64,000 nt of DNA from an uncultured Actinomycetes bacterium. GTDB taxonomy: Bacteria; Actinomycetota; UBA4738; HRBIN12. Under the pieces are notes generated by a model that saw nothing but the letters and a program-made list of their open reading frames with translations, had not been told where the DNA came from and did not search any database. The stretch covers positions 290,907 to 354,906 of the forward strand of contig CAWHQA010000038.1 of NCBI GenBank assembly GCA_963831325.1. Reading direction: 5' to 3'. Below are positions 36,688 through 46,833 of the stretch, piece after piece (the first letter of the stretch is position 1; the number at the start of each line of letters is the position of its first letter). Made by a program: the position numbers and the translations under genes.

Positions 36688-37776
36688 GCGACGACGACGC
36701 TGTCGCGAGCGAGCCGCCGGCCCACCGAGTCGGGGCCGCCGGTCATCGAGGTCCGCGGACCTCGATGGTGAACTTCGCGGGGCGGGTGGGTTTGATCGCC
36801 GGCCTGATGGGCAAGAAGGCGGCCGACGCGAAGGCCGTGGCCGGGGTGAACCTCACGCTGCGCGAGGGAGAGGTGCATGGCGCTTGCAGGGGAGTCGGGA
36901 TGCGGGAAGACCACGATCGCGCGCGCGATCATGGGGCTGATCAGCCCGCAGGCGGGGCGAGGTGCTCTACCGAGGGCGAGCCTCTCGGTCGGAACCTGAA
37001 GGCGTACCGGCGCGAGGTCCAGATGATGTTCCAGGACCCGACGGCGGCACTCAACCCCCGCCAGACCATCTACGAGATGCGTGGCGGAAGGGCTCGCGGA
37101 TCCACGGCATCCACAGCAGGGCCGAACGGCGAGACCGAGGAGCAGCTGGTCGCGCGGGCCCTGTCGCGTGCCGGGCTCCGCCCACCCGAGCGCTTCTACC
37201 TCCTGTATCCCGCACGAGCTGTCCGGAGGACAGCGTCAGCGCGTGGTGATCGCGGGCGCGCTGGTGCTGGAGCCGAAGGTCATCGTGGCGGACGAGCCGG
37301 TGTCCAACCTCGACGCCTCGGTGCGCGGCGAGATCCTCGCCCTGCTGATGAAGCTCCGGCGCGAGCTCAGACTGTCGATCCTGATCGTCACGCACGACCT
37401 GGGGCTCGCGTGGACCGTGGCCGACCGAGTCGGCGGTGATGTATCTCGGTCGCATCGTCGAGATCGGGCCGGCCGAGGAGGTGCTGCTAGCGCCCGACGC
37501 ATCCCTACACGAAGGCTCTGCTCGACGTGGTGCCCGAAGCGGGTGGGCTCGACCGACCGATCCTCACCGGCGAGCCACCCGACCCGACCCGCGTCCCCGG
37601 GGTGCCGCTTCCATCCGCGATGCCCGGTGGTGGCATCGGGCCGAGCCGCCGAGCTCGGCATCGAAGCGCAGTGCCGCGGGGAGGACCTGGGGCTGCGGGA
37701 GCTCGCGCCCGGGCACCAGGCCGCGTGTTACGTGGCGTTCGCTTCGGCACGAGCGGCGGCCTCACCGACCGCCTGA
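36684..37776 (+). pseudogene. Peptide ABC transporter ATP-binding protein (DppF-like), frame-disrupted
   Basis: GTG 36684 forms a GTGA overlap. Walker A region (G)ESGCGKTTIARAI is split across frames; LSGGQRQRVVIAGAL, ADEPVSNLD and VTHDLGLA are in ORF 37081; YLGRIVEIGPAEEVL in ORF 37436. The expected CxFHPRCP motif straddles frames: FHPRCPVVASGRAAELGIEAQC is in ORF 37081, which ends at 37776. Confidence 0.8.
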
Positions 37777-38463
37777 AGCAACCTCGATCGCATGACGCGT
37801 CGGCTTCCGCCTCGCGTCGTTGCCCTTCAGCACGCCGAGGATCGCCTCCATCTCGGAGTCGGAGACCCTGGCGTCCGCGGCAGGCCCTCGCGTGCTGCTC
37901 GCGCGAACGGACGCGAGCAAGGTGCGCAGGTTGGACTCGGCCATCTCGGCCCGGCTCTCGAGCTCACGGTGCTTCTCGGCGTGCGCATGGGCCCGGCCTT
38001 CGGCGTCGTCCCGTGCCGCGCGGAGCGAGCGGGTCTCCTCGCGCGCCGTGCGGAAGCTCGCTCGAAGCTGGGCCGTCTCCCGACCCAGATCGATGAGCTT
38101 GTCGACGACGGCCCGGCCCAGATCGGAGTAGGCGAGCCTGCGGGAGTCGCTCGGCATCCGGCCGCGACCGTCGGCGCGCCTGGACTTCTGAGCTTGCGAG
38201 GGCGGCGTCGATCGACTCCTTCTCGTCTGCCTCGACAGGCTCGGTGCCAGCAGCCGATAGGAACCCTGGCCGGCTCCAGCCGCTTGCGGGCGATAAGGGC
38301 CCGAACCGCCCTCGCCGTCGACAAGCGGATCGGGGAAACCGAGATCGCGTCCCATCTCCGCGGGCGTGACGCTCAGCACCTCACCGACCTGCGTGCGCTC
38401 GGCGACGGCGCCAAGGAACGCGTTGACCCGCTGGAGGCTCTGCTCGTTCACGACCGCAATCAT
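37762..38463 (-). CDS. Hypothetical protein: possible N-terminal winged-helix region + C-terminal coiled coil (probably frame-disrupted)
   Basis: Start ATG 38463 (MIAVVNEQSLQRVNAFLGAVAERTQVGEVLSVTPAEMGRDLGFPDP). An alternative frame continues more plausibly (STARAVRALIARKRLEP). The C-terminus is heptad-like (LRASFRTAREETRSLRAARDDAEGRAHAHAEKHRELESRAEMAESNLRTLL). I recognise no family. Confidence 0.4.
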   Translation of the reverse strand: MIAVVNEQSLQRVNAFLGAVAERTQVGEVLSVTPAEMGRDLGFPDPLVDGEGGSGPYRPQAAGAGQGSYRLLAPSLSRQTRRSRSTPPSQAQKSRRADGRGRMPSDSRRLAYSDLGRAVVDKLIDLGRETAQLRASFRTAREETRSLRAARDDAEGRAHAHAEKHRELESRAEMAESNLRTLLASVRASSTRGPAADARVSDSEMEAILGVLKGNDARRKPTRHAIEVASGGR

Positions 38464-38556
38464 GCCCGAATGGGGGATTGGACGACCAGTTGCGCCCGTC
38501 ATGCATCCCCGCCGCACTGGCGCCTGTAGTCTGCGACGCATACCGCAGCTGAGCAC

Positions 38557-39697
38557 ATGACCGCGCTCCGCTCGCACGATGTGCGGGTCCTGGACCTCTC
38601 GCGCGTGCTCGCCGGGCCGCTGTGCACGCAGATCCTCGGCGACCTCGGCGCGGACATCGTCAAGGTCGAGCGTCCCGGGCAGGGTGACGACACGCGGCAC
38701 TGGGGGCCGCCGTTCGCGGGCGACGACGCCGCGTACTTCCTGTCGCTCAACCGGAACAAGCGGTCGGTCGCGATCGACCTGAAGACCGGCCGATGGCGTC
38801 GCCATCGGTCCGGCGACTGGCGGCCGACTCCGACGTCGTGATCGAGAACTTCCGGCCGGGACTCATGGCGCGAGCTGGGGCTCGGGTTGGACGACCTGCG
38901 GGCGGCGAGACCCGGGCTCGTGACCTGCTCGCTCACCGCGTTCGGCGACGACACGCCGGAGGCCGCGAGCACGGCCCGGCTACGACATCATCGTGCAGGC
39001 GCTCTGCGGCCTCATGAGCGTGACCGGCGAGCCGGGATGGCGAACCGGTGAAGGCGGGAGTCGCGCTTCTCGACGTGGTCACCGGGCTGTACGCCGCGAT
39101 CGGGATACTCGCGGCGCTGCACGAGCGAGCGGCGACCGGCCGCGGCCGGCACGTGAGCATGTCGCTCTTCGACGCGAGCGTGGCCGCGATGGTGAATCAG
39201 GCGGCGAACCACCTCATCGGCGGGCTGGTGCCTGGTCCGCTCGGCAGCGCCCACCCGAACATCGTGCCCTACCAGGCGTTCCAAGCTCGGACCGTCCGTT
39301 CATCCTGGCGGGCGGGAACGACCGGCTCTTCCGGCGAACCTGCGAGGTCGTGGGGCCGGCGAGCTCGCCGACGACGAGCGATTCGCGACGAACGAGCACG
39401 CGTGGCAACCGCGATGCGTTGATCCCGTTGCTTTGGAGGAGCTCGCGGCGCGGCCGGCGGCCGAGTGGCTCTAGCTCCTCGACGCGGCCGGGGTCCCGTG
39501 CGCGCCGATCCGCGCGATGGACGAGGTGTTCGCCTCTGCCGAGGGCGCTGCTCTGGTGGAGGAGCGTCGAGGACCCCGGCCGGGGCGGCGAGCTCCGGCT
39601 GGTTGCGAGCCCGATCCGGTTCGACGGCCGGCGCCTGCCCATGAGGCTCGCACCCCCGACGCTCGGCGCCGACAACGCTACTGTGCTCGACCCATGA
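38557..39697 (+). pseudogene. Family III CoA-transferase (CaiB/BaiF-like), multiple frameshifts plus an in-frame TAG
   Basis: N-terminus [42 protein letters not shown]...[16 protein letters not shown]; then [17 protein letters not shown], and VALLDVVTGLYAAIGILAAL spread over different frames. TAG at 39472..39474 interrupts AEWL*LLDAAGVPCAPI. Confidence 0.85.
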
Positions 39698-40570
39698 GCA
39701 CCGCCGGGCGTTACCGCGAGGTCACAAGGCTCGCCGACTCCTGGGCAGAAGCCCTCGGGGCCTGGGCGATCCCCGAGGGCATCCTTGATGCCGCACCGGA
39801 ATCACCCTTCGGGTTTCCCGGCCGAGCTGTTCGTGCGACGAGGCGAGCGGTACAGCGACGATGCGTTCGCCGAAGCCACACCGACCACGGTCAAGGCATC
39901 GGAAGCACTCGGCGAAGCAGGCACGGTGCTCGACGTTGGGGTGGGCGGCGGGGCCACCAGCCTGCCGCTCGCCCGCACGTGCACGGGCCTCATCGCGGTC
40001 GACGCACAGAACGACATGCTCGATGCGATCGCCCGATCGGCAGCGCGGTTCGGATTGCCGTTCACCCCCGTGCGCGGTCGTTGGCCGGACGTGGCGAGCG
40101 ACACCCCACGAGCCGACGTGGTCGTCTGTGGACACGTCGCCTACAACGCGCCCGATCTCAGGCCGTTCGTCACGGAGCTGTCGTCGCACGCCGAACGCCG
40201 CGTGGTTGTCGAGCTGACCGCCCGACACCCCCTGTCGTGGGTGAACGACCTCTGGCTGCGGTTCCACGACGTCACACGACCCGAACGTCCCGGTGCCGGA
40301 GACGCCGAGCAGCTCTGTCGAGCCCTCGGGTTCAACGTGCAGCGCGCCGAACGCCTCGACACCGAAGACATGGCCGGAAGCGGCTTCGAGCGGCGTGAGG
40401 ACGCCGTCGGGCTCGTGCGCCGCCGTCTCTGCCTGCCACCCGAGCGGGACGACGAGATCGCGACCGCGCTCGGCGAGCGCCTGGCTGCACACGACGGCCT
40501 CTGGAAGGCGGGCCCGCACGAGCAACGCGTGGTGACCCTCTGGTGGGACACGCCGGCCGCTGCTTCCTAG
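39694..40570 (+). pseudogene. Class I SAM-dependent methyltransferase with one frameshift
   Basis: ATG 39694 forms an ATGA overlap with the CoA-transferase stop. N-terminus MSTAGRYREVTRLADSWAEALGAWAIPEGIL shifts near 39815 into ORF 39785 (VLDVGVGGGATSLPLA motif I). Length is 3n+1. Confidence 0.7.
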
Positions 40571-41202
40571 GCGGCCATGGCAGAGAGCACTGCATCGCCG
40601 ACCGCGCCGAACGTTCCCTGACGGCCGTCCGGGCGCTCGACGGCGAAGGCGGCGGTTGCGCCGTTGCGAGCGGCGATCGTAAGGCGCACCGTCGGTATCG
40701 TCTCGAGGAACCCACTCAGCTCCTGCGACCCAGCCGGGCTTCGACCCGTCTCCGCGAGCCGGAAGCGGAGCTCCCCGTCGCGCAGCACTCCCACGGCACG
40801 CAGATCGATGCGCTCGGCCTGCACCTGAGCCGACGGCTCGTCGCAGCGCAGCGGGCTCTTCAGGGTCGCGGCTCCGGCGCTGTCGATCGGTCCGTCGGCA
40901 ACGGCGAAACCGATATCGATGCGCCAGTTGGCCGCACAGCGTCCGCCGACGAGCAGGTCGTGAAACGTTCGGGTGTCGATGCGCACCAGCCAAGTGCCGT
41001 CGGGCTCGGGAGGGTCAGCGGTCGCAGAGGTCGAGGTGGCGCCAGACCTCGCGCCGGGGTCGTCCACGCCCGGGGGAAACGGGTTCGTGTTCGCTGCAAC
41101 GATCGCGCCAACGCCAGCGCACACAGCGAACACGACCGTCCACGCCACGATCTTCGCGAACCGTCGCACGGAAGCGACCCTACCGCGACGGCAACACCGC
41201 AA
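40567..41202 (-). CDS. Hypothetical N-terminally membrane-anchored/secreted protein
   Basis: 211 aa, intact: basic N-terminus, TM segment IVAWTVVFAVCAGVGAIVAA, Pro/Thr/Ser linker, then a globular domain. I recognise no motif. It is the last gene of the co-directional run. Confidence 0.6.
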   Translation of the reverse strand: MRCCRRGRVASVRRFAKIVAWTVVFAVCAGVGAIVAANTNPFPPGVDDPGARSGATSTSATADPPEPDGTWLVRIDTRTFHDLLVGGRCAANWRIDIGFAVADGPIDSAGAATLKSPLRCDEPSAQVQAERIDLRAVGVLRDGELRFRLAETGRSPAGSQELSGFLETIPTVRLTIAARNGATAAFAVERPDGRQGTFGAVGDAVLSAMAA

Positions 41203-41230
41203 ACCGGTCTGATACCGGAATGGGTGGCCG

Positions 41231-43190
41231 TCAGACCTCTCTCACCGGGACCGACGCGCGACGTAGTCGCGGAGCACGAACTCGCCCGACGCGATCGTCA
41301 TCCATGAGGAAGACACGCCCTCTCGTGATGCGAGCGAGGCGTTCCATGAACCGTGCGAGTCCCTCGGACTCCTCCAGCATGAAGATGTTGAGCGGCACCC
41401 CGGACTTCGCCAGGCGCATCGCCTCGGCGAGCGTCAGCTCGATCGTCTCGCGGACCGGCGGCCACGCGAAGAACGCCTGGTCGCCTTCGAGGTGCGCGGT
41501 GGGCTCCCCGTCGGTCACCATGATCACCTGCCGCGTCGCGCGCGGGTGTTGGGCGAGCAGGCGGTTCGCGAGCAGGAACGCGTGCTGCATGTTCGTGCCG
41601 TACACCCGCTCGAACCCGGGCGCGGTGAGGTCCTCGGGCTGCAGCTGCCGCGCGTAGTCGTTGAACCCGATCAGGTAAAGCGTGTCGTGCGGGTAGCGGC
41701 CCTCGATCAGCGCGTGCAGCGCCAGCGCCATCTTCTTCGCGTGCACGAAGTGACCTCGCAACGGCATCGAGAACGACAGGTCGAGCAGCAGCGCGGTCGC
41801 GGTCTCTGTGCGCTGTTCCGCCTCGACCATCTCGAAGTCGTCGGGCAGGAGTCGCACATGATCGCCCGGCGCCGACCTCGTGACCGCGTTGAAGACCGTG
41901 CGCTGCACGGCGAGCTGGCCGTGGTCGCCGAAGCTCCATGGGCGTGTGGCCCCGGTCGGCTCGGCCTGCCCGCCCGTGTCTCGCGACTCGTGCGTTCCCT
42001 CACGATCGCGCTGCAGCTCCTCGAAGATCTGCGTCAGCGCTCGTTCGCCGAGCTTGCGCGCCCCGCGAGGCGTGACCTCGAGCCGGCCGTGACGGCGCCG
42101 CACCAGACCTGCCTCCTCGAGCAGGCGCTCGATCTGCTTCAGGCGACGCAGGTCCTGCGCGGCTGTGTCGCCCAGGGTGCGTCGCACGGCATCCTCGTCG
42201 ACATCGTCGAACGCGGCGCCCGGATAGTCGCCGTGCATCGCCCGGTCGAGCTCCTCGTAGTCGTGCAGGCGTTCCATCACGTCGACCGCCGCCGACATCG
42301 GCATGCCCGGTCCGTCGCCGAAGCCCGGACCGGAGCCCGATCCTTCGCCCCAGCCCATCTCCGGGTAGAGCGTCTCGCAGGTTCGCGCCGAGGCGGCTGA
42401 CCTCGAAAGCGAGATCCATGTCCTGCATCACCTGCTCGGCGAGGGCTGCGAGCTCGTCACGCTGCTCCGGTGAGAGCGAGGCCATCAGGGCGCTCATCGC
42501 GGCCATGCGACGAGCCATCTTCTCGAGCAACTCGTCGAGGGTTCGCGGATCGTCGGGGAACAGCGCGCCGTGTCGCGGCATGAACTCTTCGAACGCGGGC
42601 TGGGTGTCCTCGCCGCGTTCGCGCATCTCGATCAGGCTGTTGAGCTCGGCGAGCATGTCCTTGAATCGCGCCATGTCCTCGGGCGTCATGTTCCGCATGC
42701 CTTCGGCCATCTGCCGGAAGTAGGAGCCCATCACCTGCTCGCGGATGTGCTCCTGCAGCTCGTCGAACATGCGCTGTGCGACATCGTCGACGAATCGATA
42801 CTCGCGCAGCTCGCCGATCCGCCCGGGGGCGTCGGGAGGAAGCGCATCGAGGAACGCCTCTCGCGTGCGCGCGTCGTCGTCATCACGGAAGCTCAGCTCC
42901 GTGCGCTCCCGCTCCAGGATCTCCTCCACGCGTTCCCGGATGTCCTGCAGCGGGCCGGTGAGATCGAGCAACGACTCCTCTCGATCGCGTTGCTGCCGCA
43001 GGCGTTGCCGAAGGGACTCCATGCCCGAGAAGCGGCCCCGCATGCCCCGCCGGAGCAACCGCTGCAGCGCGTCGTCGGCGCTTCCACCCATCAGGATCTC
43101 GTCGGCGAGCTCCTCGAGCACGTCGGAGGCCGGCACGTCGGGACCGAACGGATCCTGGGTGCCGTCCCACCGCGAGTAGCGGAAGTGCAT
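41231..43190 (-). pseudogene. von Willebrand factor A (CoxE-like) protein, partner of ChlI/MoxR-type ATPase; two +1 insertions
   Basis: N-terminal part is ORF 42000..43190 (MHFRYSRWDGTQDPF...). The vWA part is ORF 41231..42358, with MIDAS-like LLLDLSFSM and VIMVTDGEPT. A second shift at the CCC run 41285..41287 hides the typical ending GEFVLRDYVARRSR-stop (corrected stop 41242). Confidence 0.8.
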
Positions 43191-43229
43191 GCGACCAGCG
43201 TACGCGCGAGTCCTTCGAAGGCCGAACGG

Positions 43230-43724
43230 TCAGCCGCGGACCGTGAAGTGCCGCCCTTCGTCACCCGCGATGTGCATGCCAAGCACGCGAGCAGCGGCCT
43301 GTGCTCGAGTGTTGGATCGCACACCTGGACGAGCCGAGACATCCCGCGCGAGATCGGCGACCTTCACGAACCGCACACCCGCGGAATCGACGGGAGGACC
43401 AGCGATCGCCTCGGAGAGGCAGAGGATGGGCACCACCTGCTCGGGTATCGAGGCTGAGCTCAGGCGCGCTGAAAGTCTCCGCGTACCGGAGCGAAGCCTG
43501 CGTATGCCCCTGATCGCCTGATCGCCGACGACCGGGCGCCTGGAACCGACTCGCGCAACACCCTCGAGGTCGCACGTCGCGATCAGGAACGCCCCGGTGG
43601 TGCCGACCACGGCGAAGTCGGCGTTCCACTCATGCGCAGGCACCACGAAGAAGCTGTACGGGTCGAGCCGACCGAGTGCACGCGCGACGGCGTGCCCAGT
43701 GGCTCCCGGCTCCACCGCAACCAT
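43230..43724 (-). CDS. Hypothetical protein, NERD (nuclease-related domain)-like
   Basis: 164 aa, intact. The pattern DFAVVGTTGAFLIATCDLEG...VVPILCLSEA...GVRFVKVADLARDV resembles the NERD core. The call rests on pattern recognition only. Confidence 0.5.
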   Translation of the reverse strand: MVAVEPGATGHAVARALGRLDPYSFFVVPAHEWNADFAVVGTTGAFLIATCDLEGVARVGSRRPVVGDQAIRGIRRLRSGTRRLSARLSSASIPEQVVPILCLSEAIAGPPVDSAGVRFVKVADLARDVSARPGVRSNTRAQAAARVLGMHIAGDEGRHFTVRG

Positions 43725-43763
43725 GGTTGCATCGGTCGGTCGAGCCGAGCACCCACTTGAGCT

Positions 43764-44240
43764 CTATCCGAGCACCTCTGCCCCGTACCGCTCGGCGGCC
43801 GACATGATGAGGTCGAAGTCGATGTCATCGAGCACGACCGTCTCGAGCACGTCAGTGGGCTCGCTCGTCTCTCGGATGAACCCTTCGAATCCTGCAGGCG
43901 AGAAGATCATCAGCATGCGCGCGCTCGCCGACCTGACCGAGTAGCGATGTGGCACGTCACGGGGACCGAACACGAACGACCCCGGACCGGCTTCGACGAC
44001 CGAGTCGCCGATCGAGAACGTCACGTCGCCATCGAGCACCCAGAACGCTTCGTCCTCACGGTGGTGCACATGCAGGGGCACCAAACCGTCGGGCGTCGAG
44101 ACGATCTCCGCGACTGTGTACAAGCCTCCCGTCTGCTCACCGGTCACCTTCAAGAGCGTGGGCTCCCCCATCCACGACATGCGCTCGCCGCCTTCGGGTT
44201 CGAGTCCGAACCCGGCCACCGTTGCTTGATTGGCTTGCAT
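43764..44240 (-). CDS. Cupin-domain protein
   Basis: Start ATG 44240 (MQANQATVAG). Cupin motifs LHVHHREDEAFWVLDGDVTF and GSFVFGPRDVPHRY. Confidence 0.8.
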   Translation of the reverse strand: MQANQATVAGFGLEPEGGERMSWMGEPTLLKVTGEQTGGLYTVAEIVSTPDGLVPLHVHHREDEAFWVLDGDVTFSIGDSVVEAGPGSFVFGPRDVPHRYSVRSASARMLMIFSPAGFEGFIRETSEPTDVLETVVLDDIDFDLIMSAAERYGAEVLG

Positions 44241-44245
44241 CTTCG

Positions 44246-44866
44246 TCACTTCTTGCCTCCTCTGCCCGGCTGGGCACCTCGCTCGAGGGCACACACTGCG
44301 GCCCGAGCCATGATGGCCGCGGCCGCGCGGGCATCGAAGCCACGCGACTCCAACGACCTGAACGTAGTGAGATCGAAGAACGCGCTCACCAACTGCACCA
44401 TCCGCCGGCCTGCGGTCCTTCCGGCGAGCGAAGCTCGGACGAACGCCTCCACAGTGGCGCGCTGGTAGATCTCCCACTCACGGATCGAGGGAAGCTCCCG
44501 CTCGCCCGGGAAGACATCCAGGTGCGCGCCGCCGCGGGCGTAGAAGTCGAACAGCTCCCGAGCTCCTCTCTCGAGCCGCTCCTCGGTCGTCCCTGAGGCG
44601 CCGACGATCTCCGCGGCGTCACCGGGGGACGGTGGGTCGAGGCGGACCATCAGGAGCTCGCCGCAGGCCGGCACAAGTTCGTCGAGCGAAGGGAAGTGGT
44701 TGTACACCGTGGCCACGGCGACATCAGCGCGACCCGCGATATCTCTCCAGCTCGTGCCGAGGATGCCCTTCTCGGTGTGGAGCTCGATCGTCGCCGCCAG
44801 GATCCGTTCCCGCAGGACTTCTCGGGCCTCCGTTCGCCTGGTCAGATCGTATCCCCGAGGTGTCAT
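44246..44866 (-). CDS. TetR-family transcriptional regulator
   Basis: 206 aa. HTH region: ILAATIELHTEKGILGTSWRDIAGRADVAVATVYNHFPSLDELV. Confidence 0.9.
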   Translation of the reverse strand: MTPRGYDLTRRTEAREVLRERILAATIELHTEKGILGTSWRDIAGRADVAVATVYNHFPSLDELVPACGELLMVRLDPPSPGDAAEIVGASGTTEERLERGARELFDFYARGGAHLDVFPGERELPSIREWEIYQRATVEAFVRASLAGRTAGRRMVQLVSAFFDLTTFRSLESRGFDARAAAAIMARAAVCALERGAQPGRGGKK

Positions 44867-44888
44867 TTAGATAGACTATCTATCTAAA
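44866..44888. promoter_or_regulatory. AT-rich 10-3-10 perfect palindrome TTTAGATAGA-CTA-TCTATCTAAA abutting the tetR start codon (candidate TetR operator on a leaderless promoter)
   Basis: Read directly. The last base of the palindrome is the A of the tetR ATG, so no SD can fit. TAGTCT on the coding strand lies 7 nt upstream of that A and fits a TANNNT -10 box. Confidence 0.6.
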
Positions 44889-44933
44889 CTTTTGGGAAGT
44901 CAAACCCCGTTCGCGCCGGGGCCGCCACCCAGT

Positions 44934-45323
44934 TCAGCCGACGCCCAGCCCGGTCATCAGGCCACGCAGCGAAAGACCGAAGCAGATGAACGCCGCGAAG
45001 GCGAACGGCACCCAGGGCTGGATCGGCTTCGCGCCCGGCTGCGTCTTCTGCAGATCGCGCGCAAGGGTGTGGGCGATGATCAAGATCACGATCGGGCCGA
45101 AGCCGTAGACGTAGTGCAGCCACTCCGTCGGCCGCCGGCCCACCACCAACAGCACGATCCCGATCAGCGCCTGGAGTCCGGCGACGACCTGCGCTGCTGT
45201 GAGCCACTGCCAGTACCGCTCGCCCGGACCGCGCCGAGCGATCAGCGCCCCGAGCGGCCAGATCCAGCCGATCGCGAACAACGCGACCACCGCGAACCCG
45301 ACCCAAGTGTGCACCTCTGACAT
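44934..45323 (-). CDS. Hypothetical integral membrane protein (about 4 TM segments)
   Basis: 129 aa, intact: VGFAVVALFAIGWIWPLGALI, AAQVVAGLQALIGIVLLVV, GFGPIVILIIAHTL, VPFAFAAFICFGLSL. Confidence 0.65.
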   Translation of the reverse strand: MSEVHTWVGFAVVALFAIGWIWPLGALIARRGPGERYWQWLTAAQVVAGLQALIGIVLLVVGRRPTEWLHYVYGFGPIVILIIAHTLARDLQKTQPGAKPIQPWVPFAFAAFICFGLSLRGLMTGLGVG

Positions 45324-45351
45324 CGCGCCCGGATACTACGAGGCGGCAAGA

Positions 45352-46765
45352 TCAGGCACTCTCGGACCCCGTGTAGCGCGAGGTCCGATCGCCACCGTCC
45401 TTGTTGAGACGTCGAGACAGATAGAGTCCCTCGAGCGCGAACTCCACGGCGCTCGCGGCGACGCCGGGGCTTTCCTCTTCGACGCCGAGCCGCCCGAGCA
45501 GCTTCGCGAGACCCGGCAGGTCGCCGATCGAATCGAGCAGGTCAATCGCCGGCGTGAGATCCCCGGTATCGACCGCCAGCCCCTCGTCGAACCGCTCGAG
45601 CAGAGCGGAGAAGTCGTACCCCTGCAGTCGACGTCGGAATACCTCGAGCTCTGCGGTGCGCATCGCACGCAGCAGGATGTCGCGACTCGCGTCCCTCCTC
45701 GATCGTGTCGAACTCGACGCGTCCCTCGGAGCTCATCAGCACCGCGGGAAGGTCCACCACCCGCGGCACAGCCTCGGGCTCGCCCGTGCGCGCCGCGCGA
45801 CGAACGGCGGCCGCCTGCAGGGTCTCGAGGTTGCCGATCGAGTAGCGGACGCTGATGCCGCTGCGGTGGTTCACGTGCGACGATCGGCGGAGCTCGGCGG
45901 TGAGCGCGGCGACGACTTCCTTCATGAATACCGGGACCCGCAGCGGCACGTGCCGTCGAGCGTCGCCGCCTCCTGATCCATGATCCGGATCTCCTCGCCC
46001 AGGGTCTCGGGGTAGTGCGTGCGGATCTGCGTGCCGAAGCGGTCCTTCAGCGGGACTGACGATGCGGCCACGGTGCGTGTAGTCGTCGGGGTTCGCGGTC
46101 GCGACAAGCAGCATGTCGAGCGGCAGCCGGATGCGGTACCCGCGGATCTGCACGTCGCGTTCCTCGAGGATGTTGAACAGCGACACCTGGATGCGCTCGG
46201 GCAGGTCGGGAAGCTCGTTGATCGCCACGATGCCCCGGTTCGTGCGCGGGATCAGGCCGTAGTGGATCGTGCCCTCGTCGCCGAGGTAGCGGCCCTCGGC
46301 CACCTTGATCGGGTCGACGTCGCCGATCAGGTCGCCGACGCTCGTGTCGGGGGTCGCGAGCTTCTCGGCGTAGCGGTCGTCGCGGCGCGATCCACACGAG
46401 CGGCGTCTGCGTCGCCGTGCTCGGCCACCAGTGCGCGTCCGTGCGCACTGATCGGCCGGTACGGGATGGTCGTTGGTCTCGGTGCCCTCGATCGCCGGCG
46501 CGAACTCGTCGAGCAGCTGCACGAGCGCGCGGACCAGCCGCGTCTTCGCCTGACCGCGCTCCCCTAGCAGGATCAGATCATGGCCGGCGAGGATGCCGCG
46601 CTCGAGCGCCGGCAGCACCGAATCGTCGAAGCCGACGAGACCGGGGAACAGCTCCTCGTCGGCGGTAAGCTTCGAGAGCAGGTTGCCGCGAAGCTCCTGC
46701 TTCACGGTGCGGTCCAGGAAGCCGGAAGCGCGCAATGCACCGAGGGTCAGAGGGCGATCTGTCAT
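45352..46765 (-). pseudogene. ChlI/MoxR-like AAA+ ATPase (partner family of the vWA protein), frame-disrupted
   Basis: N-terminus in ORF 45542..46765: Walker A LLGERGQAKT, Walker B VAINELPDL, and arginine-finger region LLVATANPDDYTHRGRI. Central garbled stretches mark the shifts. The C-terminal 103 aa are in ORF 45352..45663. Length is 3n+1. Confidence 0.8.
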
Positions 46766-46833
46766 CCATCAAGCGTAGCCTCGACGCGAGATACGATCGT
46801 GTCGCTCGCTCGTGCGAGGTTCGAGCGCGAAGA

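Noticed and set aside
41231-43190. Two separate genes (ORFs 42000..43190 and 41231..42358)
   Set aside because: The ORFs overlap by 359 nt in different frames. Together they reconstruct one vWA/CoxE-like protein with its usual N-terminal MHFRYSRWDG domain, so this is a single frameshifted gene.
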